A stretch of 22,055 nucleotides of DNA from Candidatus Altiarchaeota archaeon (lineage in GTDB: Archaea > Altiarchaeota > Altiarchaeia > IMC4 > SCGC-AAA252-I15): the NCBI GenBank assembly GCA_043804895.1, contig JAZDIN010000045.1:1-22055 (forward strand). Direction: 5' to 3'. Below are positions 8,933 to 17,051 of this stretch, piece by piece. The notes beneath the pieces are model-generated. The model was not told the DNA's origin and did no database searches. It saw nothing but the letters and a program-made list of their open reading frames with translations. Position 1 is the first letter of the stretch. Each line of letters opens with the position of its first letter. Both the position numbers and the translations under genes were made by a program.

Positions 8933-11827
8933 GTGGTTGGAGTGAAGAGGATAGTCGCCTTAATAGTTGTTTTTGTTTTGTTGTCTGGAGATGCTGCTGC
9001 GTTTTCGCTGAATGACTTGATTGATTACATACTGGGCCTCTTTGGTGGCGGCGGGAAGCAGCCTGACAATGTCGTGTGCAATCCCCCTTACATCAAAGTG
9101 GGTGGCAAATGCTGTTTAGATAGAAACGATAACAGGATATGCGACAAGGACGAGACCACGACTACACAGCCGAGGCAGACAACTCAGACGACGCAAACGA
9201 CTCAACCATCATCTGCTGTGACAACCACACTACAGTCAACTGTAACCACACTGAAGACGAACCTAAATTATGGTAGGGTCACGCTTACTGGCACGCTCGT
9301 GAACGACGTCGACCCAGTTTTGACCGCTGATAAAAGCATACTAGTGCAACCGACTGACGAGGCCAGCAAAGGCTCGTTCCTCGACGTAGTCGACATGGTC
9401 TCAGCAACGCAGCTTGGCGCGGTCATGCTCTCAGGCAGGCTCCTGACCGGAGTCGATGCAGTCATACTAGACAACGGGAAGACAGTCTTAATGCCCACAG
9501 CAGCCTCACCCCAAGCCTACCTGGACGTCATAGACCTGCCAACGAAGTCAAAGGTGAAAAGCCTTAAACTCGCCGCTGAACTGCAGGAGGACGTGGACGT
9601 GCAGGCGACGCCAAATCAGAAGAATGCGTTAATGGCAACAAGACTGGACGCCAGCAACAGCTTCTTAGAGGTGATTGACCTCACAACCAACGCGATAACG
9701 AAGAAGGTGGCGCTCCAAGGCGACCTCAAGGAGGGCGTCGACTGTCTCGTCACAAGAGACAGCGGCAAGGCTGTGTGCCCGACAAACAAGGTGGCTGTGG
9801 GAAGCAACCTACATTTCATAGACCTGGCGTCTGGGGTGCTCCTTAAGGTCTTGGGCGTCGACGGCGCCCTGGAGGGGGACGTGGACTTGAAGATGAGATC
9901 CAACGACGAGATAATACTCATGCCAACCAAGACCCCGGTGAGGGGGTTCCTCTCCATAATAGAGGCTAAGACGATGTCGATTGAGAAGAAGCTGGAGTTG
10001 AGCGGCACATTAAAGGAGAGCGTCGACACATACTTCCTGCCTGGCGAGAAGACCGCATACATTCCTGTCACAAACGGCAACCAAGGCTACGTCGACATCA
10101 TAGACGTAGTCGGCAAACAGGTGAAGTACAGCGTGAAACTGACAGGCGACCTCGTGAAGGGAGTCGACGGCAAACACCTACCCGACGGCTCAATGATTCT
10201 GATGCCAAACCAGAAGGGAAGCACCGCCTACCTGGACATCATAGACCCATCATCAGGAACGGTTGTGAAGTCAGTGCAACTCTCCGGAACGCTCCAGACT
10301 GCTGTTGACGTTCAGGTGACCGAGGACGGGAAGACAGCATACATGCCTGTGAGAAGACCAGGGAGGGGTAAAATCGACATCATAGACGTCGCCTCAGGCG
10401 CGCTAGTGAAGACAATAGACCTTAAGGCAGACCTCAAAGAGGATGTGGATGCGCTGTTGACAGTCAGTACAAAGAGGATTGCCATACCATCCAGCAAGAA
10501 CATCGCATACATCGACGTCATAACCAACACGCCAGCTAACTCACTCACAGCGATGACAACAGGGATGGGCGTCGGCTACGTCGACGTCATAGACACAGGC
10601 AGCAACAACGTGTTCGGGAGCATGAGCCTCCCAGGAGACATAGTAGTCGGAGTCGACGGCATATCAGGCGAACTCGCATCAACGACTCCAGACCCAGATG
10701 AAGACATGACCTTAAGCCTAGAACAACCCAGTGTAACCTCCACAACCACCACAATCCCGCAGCAAACCACCACAACACTATGGACGCCGCCACCTGACTC
10801 AACATCAACAACTATCCCTGACAACATACCCACGACCACGACGCTCAGGGTGACCACGACAACCCAGGGCGCAGTCATCACCCCAAGGTGCGGTGACGGA
10901 TACCTGTCCACACCTAACAGTCCCGGAGGCGGAAGCGAGGAATGCGACCTCAATGACAACCCCCAATACAGTTGGGCTGGAGGCAACGTGTACCCATGCC
11001 CAACCGGCCTTGAGTGCGTGAACTGCAAGTGCGTCGGATGCGGTGACGGCAGACTCCAGAAGGGCGAAGAATGCGACCCCAACAACAAGAAGAGCAAGGT
11101 GAACGGTCAACTCCTCTGGCAGGGCCAGGAGTACGCGTGCAGTGGCCAGTACGAGTACTGTGACTCGAGCACATGCACGTGTGAGTCATCGGTCCAGTGC
11201 ACCGGCGACCTGTATAACGCAGACAATTGCAACGGCGCATGCAACAGCCAGTGCAAGGAGTGCGCGCCATACCAGCAGACACCATGCTACTACTGCAAGA
11301 ACAGAGACTGCAGCCAGATAGACTCAGGCGGAGTCAGCCTCTACAACACTGCTTCCGAATGCAACCAACATTGCCCCCAAGGCACAGGCCAATGCATAAG
11401 CTGGAGCACATGCAGCAACTGCTACTATTGTAAGAACTACGTGTGCGGAAACGGCGCGGTGGAACCGGGAGAACAGTGTGAGAAGAACTCAGACTGCCCC
11501 AGCTACCACACATGCAGCCAATGCCAGTGCGTGACAGACTGTAACGGATACTGCGGAAGCGTAGGCCAAGGTTTCACCAACTACGGCGGCATCGGAAGCT
11601 CAGACCAGTGCTCCTCACAGACGAACCCGAACTCAGTACTCAAACAGTTAATAGACCAGATGAGCGAAACCTGCTACGCAGTCTGCGGGAAAGGCTACTT
11701 CATGGACGGCCTCAACGACAACTGCTGCTGCACCAAAACCAACAAAGTCCACTGCCTAGACTGCCCAGGCCAAAACCCAGACTGCAACACAGCACTAAAC
11801 CAATGCAAAGCAAGCATCCCGATGTGA
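8933..11827 (+). CDS. Large secreted/surface protein: signal peptide, Cys module, Thr-rich linkers, ~47-aa beta-propeller-like repeats, Cys-rich CGDG/EECD repeats
   Basis: Signal peptide ending DAAA-F; CNPPYIKVGGKCCLDRNDNRICD; nine L.G.L...VD...P......(L/I)D(V/I)ID repeats; PRCGDG...EECD, CGDGRLQKGEECD, CGNGAVEPGEQCE. Confidence 0.9.
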   Translation: MVGVKRIVALIVVFVLLSGDAAAFSLNDLIDYILGLFGGGGKQPDNVVCNPPYIKVGGKCCLDRNDNRICDKDETTTTQPRQTTQTTQTTQPSSAVTTTLQSTVTTLKTNLNYGRVTLTGTLVNDVDPVLTADKSILVQPTDEASKGSFLDVVDMVSATQLGAVMLSGRLLTGVDAVILDNGKTVLMPTAASPQAYLDVIDLPTKSKVKSLKLAAELQEDVDVQATPNQKNALMATRLDASNSFLEVIDLTTNAITKKVALQGDLKEGVDCLVTRDSGKAVCPTNKVAVGSNLHFIDLASGVLLKVLGVDGALEGDVDLKMRSNDEIILMPTKTPVRGFLSIIEAKTMSIEKKLELSGTLKESVDTYFLPGEKTAYIPVTNGNQGYVDIIDVVGKQVKYSVKLTGDLVKGVDGKHLPDGSMILMPNQKGSTAYLDIIDPSSGTVVKSVQLSGTLQTAVDVQVTEDGKTAYMPVRRPGRGKIDIIDVASGALVKTIDLKADLKEDVDALLTVSTKRIAIPSSKNIAYIDVITNTPANSLTAMTTGMGVGYVDVIDTGSNNVFGSMSLPGDIVVGVDGISGELASTTPDPDEDMTLSLEQPSVTSTTTTIPQQTTTTLWTPPPDSTSTTIPDNIPTTTTLRVTTTTQGAVITPRCGDGYLSTPNSPGGGSEECDLNDNPQYSWAGGNVYPCPTGLECVNCKCVGCGDGRLQKGEECDPNNKKSKVNGQLLWQGQEYACSGQYEYCDSSTCTCESSVQCTGDLYNADNCNGACNSQCKECAPYQQTPCYYCKNRDCSQIDSGGVSLYNTASECNQHCPQGTGQCISWSTCSNCYYCKNYVCGNGAVEPGEQCEKNSDCPSYHTCSQCQCVTDCNGYCGSVGQGFTNYGGIGSSDQCSSQTNPNSVLKQLIDQMSETCYAVCGKGYFMDGLNDNCCCTKTNKVHCLDCPGQNPDCNTALNQCKASIPM

Positions 11828-11844
11828 GGATTGGACAGAGGGAG

Positions 11845-11866
11845 TAACCCCCTTTTAGGGGGGTTA
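11845..11866. terminator. Hairpin between convergent genes, possible bidirectional terminator
   Basis: TAACCCCC-TTTTAG-GGGGGTTA lies between the stops of 8933-11827 (+) and 11864-13522 (-). Confidence 0.5.
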
Positions 11867-13522
11867 TTTCATCCTTTTTTTGTATTTTTCGTAAGCCTCA
11901 TTCGTCCTAGTGTTGTGTTTCTGCTGCAGTTCTCGTATCGCCTCAGGAAGCCGTTCCTGTTTTTCCATATCCTGTTTCTCCTTGCCTGCCTCAGTAAGCA
12001 TTCTGTTGAAGTCTTCCAAGCTCAGTTCGGTGATTTCCTTTTCAATCACCTTGTCGGACACGTAGAGGAATTCATATTCATATTTATCGAACACTTCCCA
12101 CATCTTGTCCAAGCCTTGTTCTTTTAGTTTACGTGTCATGGCCTCTAATTGCTTGTTTGCCTCAGATGAACTGCCGAGATTATGGCTAGTGGGTATGGGC
12201 TTCAATGTCACATTATCAGAACCAAACCCCGCTTCCAGAGCGGACGCTGTTACTAAAGTATCAATCATCCGAAAATCCTCGGATACTCCGGTACCGCGCT
12301 CCCCCTTCGGAAGCATCAGTTCCTCAGCCACGTAGCCGCCATAGGAGCAGGCTATTTCCTCTATGACCTGATTCAGACTAAGGTGTTGTCTCTCATCCCC
12401 CTCTGGGGCAGTATACCCTAACATTGTGACCCCTGTGAAGGTGATAATCTTTGGGGATGGAACATGTTCCAGGTATTTTTGCGCGAACGCATGACCGAGT
12501 TCGTGGTATACCGTCGTTATTCTATCGTATGGACGCTGCATGAACTTCGTTCCCTCGGCCTCGAATGTGCGTTGGAACGCTTTTTCTAGATGTTCTTTCT
12601 TTATGGTTATTGCCTCGTCTTTCTTGGGTGTTGTTGCCTCAGTAGTAGACTGTGTGGCTGATTCTTGAGTGGTGGACTGTCCGGCCGCATATCTTGCTAT
12701 GTTTTCTGCAGTGGAAAGCAGCTGTTTAATCTCGGCATATGACATATTGCTCGTCCGGCGAGCCAACTCATCGATGGTTATCCCTGTTGAGAGTAACTTC
12801 AGCCGGGGATTGGCTTCTTTTTCAGTAGGCTTGGTCGTTGCTAATGTGTGTAATATTTCCTTCCTCTCATCCTCGTCCGGGATTTTCATAGCAACCCAGT
12901 AGTCAGCCAGTGATGGGTATATCTCCTCTGGGTTGATTTCCGTGGTATCGGCTATGAAAACAGGCAGAATACTCTTGGATGTGGACAGTCTGCTGGTTTC
13001 ACGCAGGAGTTCGTTGAGGCTAATCCCGTCACCATCCAATTCTTTTATCCCGCGGATGACAAGCATCTTAGTGCCTCCTGTCTCGCTGAAAGCCTGTAGA
13101 AGGTCGTTGAGGCCGTCCTTGCCCCACTGTTTGTGGATGTCCCTAAGCTCTACCAATTCGACTTTAAGTTGTTTTGCGCCTACTTCGCCTGCGAAACAGT
13201 CGGATGCATGGCCTTTCCCTGTCGAATCCCACCCAAAGATTAGTACAGCCCGTGGTAGTTCGACGCCTTGATTTCTCCGCTCTTCATCCGAAAGGTTGAG
13301 TATTTGTATTATCTCGCCGAAGGCTGCTTTAGCCTGGTGCTGCCCTATCAGGTCGGTGAATTTAACAGTCGGAGACTCGATGCTGTCAATATGCGCCCTT
13401 ACAGTCTCATCCCACACAGTAGGCCTTTTCCCATAATACTTTAATACTTCCCCGCGCGGGCCGTAAAGTAGAGGTTCCTTAGTGTCCTCTGTTATTGGCT
13501 TTCTAGAGACGATTTCAGGCAT
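11864..13522 (-). CDS. FtsH-like protein: degenerate AAA module + M41 zinc peptidase, no TM segments
   Basis: TVKFTDLIGQHQAK, GVELPRAVLIFGWDSTGKG, IPDEDERKEIL, LARRTSNMSYAEI, YHELGHA, YGGYVAEE, TGVSEDF. Confidence 0.85.
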   Translation of the reverse strand: MPEIVSRKPITEDTKEPLLYGPRGEVLKYYGKRPTVWDETVRAHIDSIESPTVKFTDLIGQHQAKAAFGEIIQILNLSDEERRNQGVELPRAVLIFGWDSTGKGHASDCFAGEVGAKQLKVELVELRDIHKQWGKDGLNDLLQAFSETGGTKMLVIRGIKELDGDGISLNELLRETSRLSTSKSILPVFIADTTEINPEEIYPSLADYWVAMKIPDEDERKEILHTLATTKPTEKEANPRLKLLSTGITIDELARRTSNMSYAEIKQLLSTAENIARYAAGQSTTQESATQSTTEATTPKKDEAITIKKEHLEKAFQRTFEAEGTKFMQRPYDRITTVYHELGHAFAQKYLEHVPSPKIITFTGVTMLGYTAPEGDERQHLSLNQVIEEIACSYGGYVAEELMLPKGERGTGVSEDFRMIDTLVTASALEAGFGSDNVTLKPIPTSHNLGSSSEANKQLEAMTRKLKEQGLDKMWEVFDKYEYEFLYVSDKVIEKEITELSLEDFNRMLTEAGKEKQDMEKQERLPEAIRELQQKHNTRTNEAYEKYKKRMK

Positions 13523-13552
13523 GATAAGATACGGGAATTACTTGGATAAATA

Positions 13553-14170
13553 CTAGTCTATCGTGTGGCATTCTTGTTTGAGTTGGTTGAGTTGTGTTAC
13601 GTCGAGCACGTTCGGGTTTAGGGGTATGATGAGCTTCGACTCTGAGGTGCTTATCCTGTCTCTCACCTGCTGGACGAGTCTGAGGACTATCTGGAAGTTG
13701 TTGTTGCTCACCAAATACTCAAGGCCTTCTAGGAGTATGATGCTCCTACTGTGCGCCTCTATGAAGTTGTTGATGAACATACTCACCTCCTGCGGCCCGA
13801 AAATAGAGGGGATGTCTTCCCCGGCCCGGAGCTTGCTCAACCAACAGACTTCAGCATTAGCTAGTTCAGGATTACATCTCAAAGCCTTAGGATTCGCTCG
13901 GCTGATGTAAAGGCCTCGGGGCACGTCCTTCAGCTCGCGGGTGAAAATCCCCATGGCCTTCTCGCACTTCTCCTCGAGAATCAGGTACGCGGACCCAACA
14001 TCCAACCTGACATCACCATCCGCTTTAGAGGATGCTGAACCCACCCGGAGGGCCTCCTCCCTCCGCTTCAGAATCTCATCCTCCTTCCGGAGGGCCGTCT
14101 CCTCAGAGTTCAGCTTCGCAATCTCCCTCCTAAGCTCCTCAGCAAGAACCTCCCTATCCCCATCAAACAA
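13553..14170 (-). CDS. DUF835 domain protein with N-terminal coiled coil
   Basis: GLYISRANP, CWLSK, IILLEGLEYLVSNNNFQIVLRLVQQVRD, LIIPLNP. Confidence 0.88.
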   Translation of the reverse strand: MFDGDREVLAEELRREIAKLNSEETALRKEDEILKRREEALRVGSASSKADGDVRLDVGSAYLILEEKCEKAMGIFTRELKDVPRGLYISRANPKALRCNPELANAEVCWLSKLRAGEDIPSIFGPQEVSMFINNFIEAHSRSIILLEGLEYLVSNNNFQIVLRLVQQVRDRISTSESKLIIPLNPNVLDVTQLNQLKQECHTID

Positions 14171-14214
14171 GACAAAACACCAGTAATACTATTAACAGAC
14201 GCTAAAAAAAGGGA

Positions 14215-14296
14215 TTCACCAGCATCGAGTGTTAAATAGTTTGTTAAGTTTAAGCAGGGTATAATCTAAGGAGGAACTAGGGGGTTTTAACCTTGT
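14215..14296 (+). repeat. Degenerate copy R0 of the cassette-boundary repeat
   Basis: TTCACCAGCATCGAGTGTTAAATAGTTTGTTAAGTTTAAG matches R2 at 32 of 40 positions by my manual alignment. Tail GGAACTAGGGG(G)TTTTAACCTTGT is shared with R1. Confidence 0.8.
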
Positions 14297-14332
14297 ATTT
14301 CCTGAATTTAATTGTATTGTCTGGATAATCAA

Positions 14333-14533
14333 ATACTGCGCCCTGAAGGGCGCAGTATGACTTACAATGTGGCCGAGACTGATGTCTCGGACACACACCG
14401 GAGGCTAAGAGCCTCCGCTGTGACACGCTCAAAATGCAGACAAGCAGAACAAACACAAGAGGTGCAAACGCGAGATGGGATCCTTACGCGATTCCTCTGC
14501 GACCTGAAGGTTGCAGTATCCTCGCATGTTTGT
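14333..14533. ncRNA. Candidate structured RNA or DNA hairpin cluster, family unknown
   Basis: Perfect stems at 14333-14358, 14373-14390 and 14399-14417. A multibranch domain is closed by ACAAACA..GAGG/CCTC..TGTTTGT (14449-14533) and contains a second TGAA-loop hairpin (14497-14516). Confidence 0.5.
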
Positions 14534-14551
14534 AATGAAACGCATTGAGGA

Positions 14552-14971
14552 ATGATGAAGAACAAGTCTTATTCAGGGTCATGCAGCGTCAAAGATGCCG
14601 ACATAGGCTATGTAGACCTGAAAAATTCAGTAATCCACATAGTAGAATCCTCTGACGGGCCGTATTATATGCAAAAGGATGCCAATGGAAAGGATATACT
14701 GACAGACATCCATGTCCTCGGAGCATGCCAACTCCATGTCGTGGATGATTCCGACTCCTTCAAAGAGAGGTTCTCTCCGGAGTTGACGTCAACGCTGAAG
14801 CGCCTAAGGCGCGCAGGAAAAAACAACATCCTGCTGCATTACAACCCCACAAGCCCCAACTCGGACTTCATCCACAATGTCGCCGAGGAAATGGGATTCG
14901 ACAAAAAGGAGGAGGGGTTAATGCAACTGGACCTGAAAAAGCACAACAAACACCTAAAACTGACGAAATAA
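14552..14971 (+). CDS. Hypothetical protein; C-terminus weakly GNAT-like
   Basis: 139-aa ORF preceded by GAGG. LRRAGKNNILLHYNP...AEEMGF resembles the GNAT C-terminal motif. Confidence 0.65.
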   Translation: MMKNKSYSGSCSVKDADIGYVDLKNSVIHIVESSDGPYYMQKDANGKDILTDIHVLGACQLHVVDDSDSFKERFSPELTSTLKRLRRAGKNNILLHYNPTSPNSDFIHNVAEEMGFDKKEEGLMQLDLKKHNKHLKLTK

Positions 14972-15206
14972 TTTTAGCCTTCGACGCCAGCACCTTTGTT
15001 GACGTCTATTTCTGCAACAGAGTGAGGGTATGAAAAACAACACCAGTGTCTGTAGTTAATGCAAGCATAAAATACCCCCTAAGGTGAACTACTACCTACA
15101 CTGCAGACAACCCAGAAATAAGGGGTTTTAAATCACACTCCAATCTAAATCGTCAAGCCCGGTAACAGGTAACAGTTTGCGTTGTGTTTTATTCAGGGAG
15201 GGGGAA

Positions 15207-15683
15207 ATGGATTATATGGCCGTTAAGACGACTGTTCTGCTTGTGGACGACAACGAGGACCTTCTCGTGTCGATTAAGGACGGCCTGGAATCCTACGACA
15301 GTGCATATGTGGTTGACTGCGTCAAGGACGCTTCCGAATGCCTAAAGTACGTCGAGCAAAAGAACCCAGACCTGGTTCTACTCAACATTATGCTCCCGGA
15401 CATGGACGGATTCACCCTCAGGGCGAAGCTGAAGATGACGGATGCTAAGGACGTTCCCGTCATCTACCTGACTGCGAAGTACGACATCGACATGACGAGG
15501 AAGATAGGCATGCTGACCGCGGACGACTTCATAGTGAAGCCTATAAACATGCATGAACTCATCCTTCGGATTCAGAAAGTCCTGATGTGGCGCTGCTACC
15601 GTAATGGAAAAACACCAAGGCCGCATATGGGCGGAAAGCGAAGGAATCGACAAAGGAGCCACAACCAACACACCACTGCCTAA
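15207..15683 (+). CDS. Receiver (REC) domain protein lacking the phosphoacceptor Asp, basic C-terminal tail
   Basis: VLLVDDNED, PDLVLLNIMLPDMDG, PVIYLTA, DDFIVKP. Purine-rich GGGAGGGG precedes ATG 15207. Confidence 0.9.
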   Translation: MDYMAVKTTVLLVDDNEDLLVSIKDGLESYDSAYVVDCVKDASECLKYVEQKNPDLVLLNIMLPDMDGFTLRAKLKMTDAKDVPVIYLTAKYDIDMTRKIGMLTADDFIVKPINMHELILRIQKVLMWRCYRNGKTPRPHMGGKRRNRQRSHNQHTTA

Positions 15684-15730
15684 AGGCTGACAAATATGTG
15701 CTTTATGTTCTTATACTGCGTAATAGGTCT

Positions 15731-15880
15731 ATGAAGAATAATAAATACAGCCTGAAATGCAATTATTTTATGGGGGGTCAATGCACCAATACTCTTACCG
15801 AGTCGACGTTTGTTGTAGATGATTCCACAAGATCTGAATACTTCTGCAGGACCTGCACTTACCGGCCACAAAACATGTGA
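15731..15880 (+). CDS. Small four-cysteine hypothetical protein
   Basis: MKNNKYSLKCNYFMGGQCTN...YFCRTCTYRPQNM, 49 aa, co-oriented with its neighbours. Confidence 0.45.
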   Translation: MKNNKYSLKCNYFMGGQCTNTLTESTFVVDDSTRSEYFCRTCTYRPQNM

Positions 15881-15943
15881 TCCAGGGGGGCCGGTATCTT
15901 TCCCAGTTATTGGCTTATCTTCAGGTAGTCGCTATATACTCAC

Positions 15944-16297
15944 ATGAAAGTCATTAACCGGGCCGGCCGCGGCAGATCCAGGGACGGCAGATCAGGCGAG
16001 TCTGAACGAGGCGGATTCGGGGGATTCGACAGGAGAGGACCGGAGAATAGGTTTTCAGGCGGGTTCCGTAGGGGGGAGCCTGGCGGAAGGTCTAGGCCTC
16101 AGATGCATGAAGCAGTCTGTTCCAAGTGCAAGCAACGGTGTGAAGTCCCTTTCAAACCTTCACCCACTAAACCCGTTTACTGCAGCGCATGTTTCAGGAA
16201 GGACGAGCCGGAAAAAAGGCCGTCAAATCTGTCTGATGAGCTTGGCAGAATCAACGACAAACTCGATAGGATAATGCGGGCGCTGGATCTGGGTTAA
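15944..16297 (+). CDS. CxxC-x17-CxxC domain protein with RG/RGG-rich N-terminus and short coiled C-terminus
   Basis: QMHEAVCSKCKQRCEVPFKPSPTKPVYCSACF; C-terminal ELGRINDKLDRIMRAL. Confidence 0.9.
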   Translation: MKVINRAGRGRSRDGRSGESERGGFGGFDRRGPENRFSGGFRRGEPGGRSRPQMHEAVCSKCKQRCEVPFKPSPTKPVYCSACFRKDEPEKRPSNLSDELGRINDKLDRIMRALDLG

Positions 16298-16592
16298 ACA
16301 ACCCACCCCCAAAGTAACAACAATTATGCGATTTATAAACGCAGACGTCCTACTAAAGGACTATATCGAGCATTGTTTAGGTCAGGTGGCACTTAAATCT
16401 TGTTCTTTAAAAAAAAAATAATGGGGTAATTAAGCAAATTCGGGTATTAAACGCTCAAACGCACTGTAAACGTCGGAGATTGCCATAACGGTCCGATTAT
16501 TCATGTTGAATGCGAAACTGACGTGATAAACACTCACGGCTACTTTAAGCCGATATTAAATGAGAAATTAAAAAATTAAGGAGGTGAATTAA

Positions 16593-16763
16593 ATGCCAGG
16601 AAGAGATTTCGGAGGAGGAGGTTTTGACAGGGGCCCAAGGGAGATGACCGATGCCGTATGCAGCGAATGCGGCGCATCATGCCAGGTTCCGTTCAAGCCA
16701 ACCGAAGGAAAACCAGTATACTGCAGGGAATGCTACGCGAAAAGAAGACCAAAACGCTTCTAA
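16593..16763 (+). CDS. Second CxxC-x17-CxxC domain protein (56 aa, not in the ORF track)
   Basis: Manual translation: MPGRDFGGGGFDRGPREMTDAVCSECGASCQVPFKPTEGKPVYCRECYAKRRPKRF*. Strong SD AAGGAGGTGA at 16578-16587. Confidence 0.93.
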   Translation: MPGRDFGGGGFDRGPREMTDAVCSECGASCQVPFKPTEGKPVYCRECYAKRRPKRF

Positions 16764-16882
16764 AGCTTGACAGTAGAGTGGGAATACCGTACAATAACTA
16801 ATTCTTTATTTTATAAACCCCCTCAGCCAACGGCACACACCCGACACATAATTTTCCGGAGATACCCCACACACACGATAAA

Positions 16883-16963
16883 TTCGCCCCGATCGGGACT
16901 AGAACAGTTTGTTCAGTTTAGGTGGGGGAAACTCTGAATAGGAACTAGGGGTTTTAACCTTGT
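16883..16963 (+). repeat. Cassette-boundary repeat R1
   Basis: TTCGCCCCGATCGGGACTAGAACAGTTTGTTCAGTTTAGGTGGGGGAAAC followed by tail GGAACTAGGGGTTTTAACCTTGT. Confidence 0.95.
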
Positions 16964-17051
16964 GTGTGTGCGTTTTTTGGCGGGGGGGGACTTTTACTAG
17001 TTCCTCTGTTAACTCACCAGCCATACCCTGTTTTTACCATTTGTTGTCAAT

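Noticed and set aside
10576-11285. Several minus-strand Val/Cys-rich ORFs
   Set aside because: They are antisense shadows of the Thr- and Cys-rich parts of the 964-aa gene. The same applies to most short overlapping ORFs in the track.
14379-14541. Hammerhead ribozyme (CTGATG ... GAAAC)
   Set aside because: The core CUGANGA is incomplete (CTGATGT) and the stem geometry does not fit.
14312-14548. 78-aa ORF over the hairpin cluster
   Set aside because: It has no recognisable motif and the region is better explained by base pairing. Coding cannot be fully excluded.
15070-15092. Possible inverted fragment of the boundary repeat (ATACCCCCTAAGGTGAAC)
   Set aside because: Too short and mismatched, and it lacks both palindromes.
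16868-17005. CACACACAC/GTGTGTGTG and AGGAACTAG/CTAGTTCCT inverted 9-mers around R1
   Set aside because: Short and partly low-complexity, and not reproduced at the other repeat copies, so not counted as an attC-like fold.
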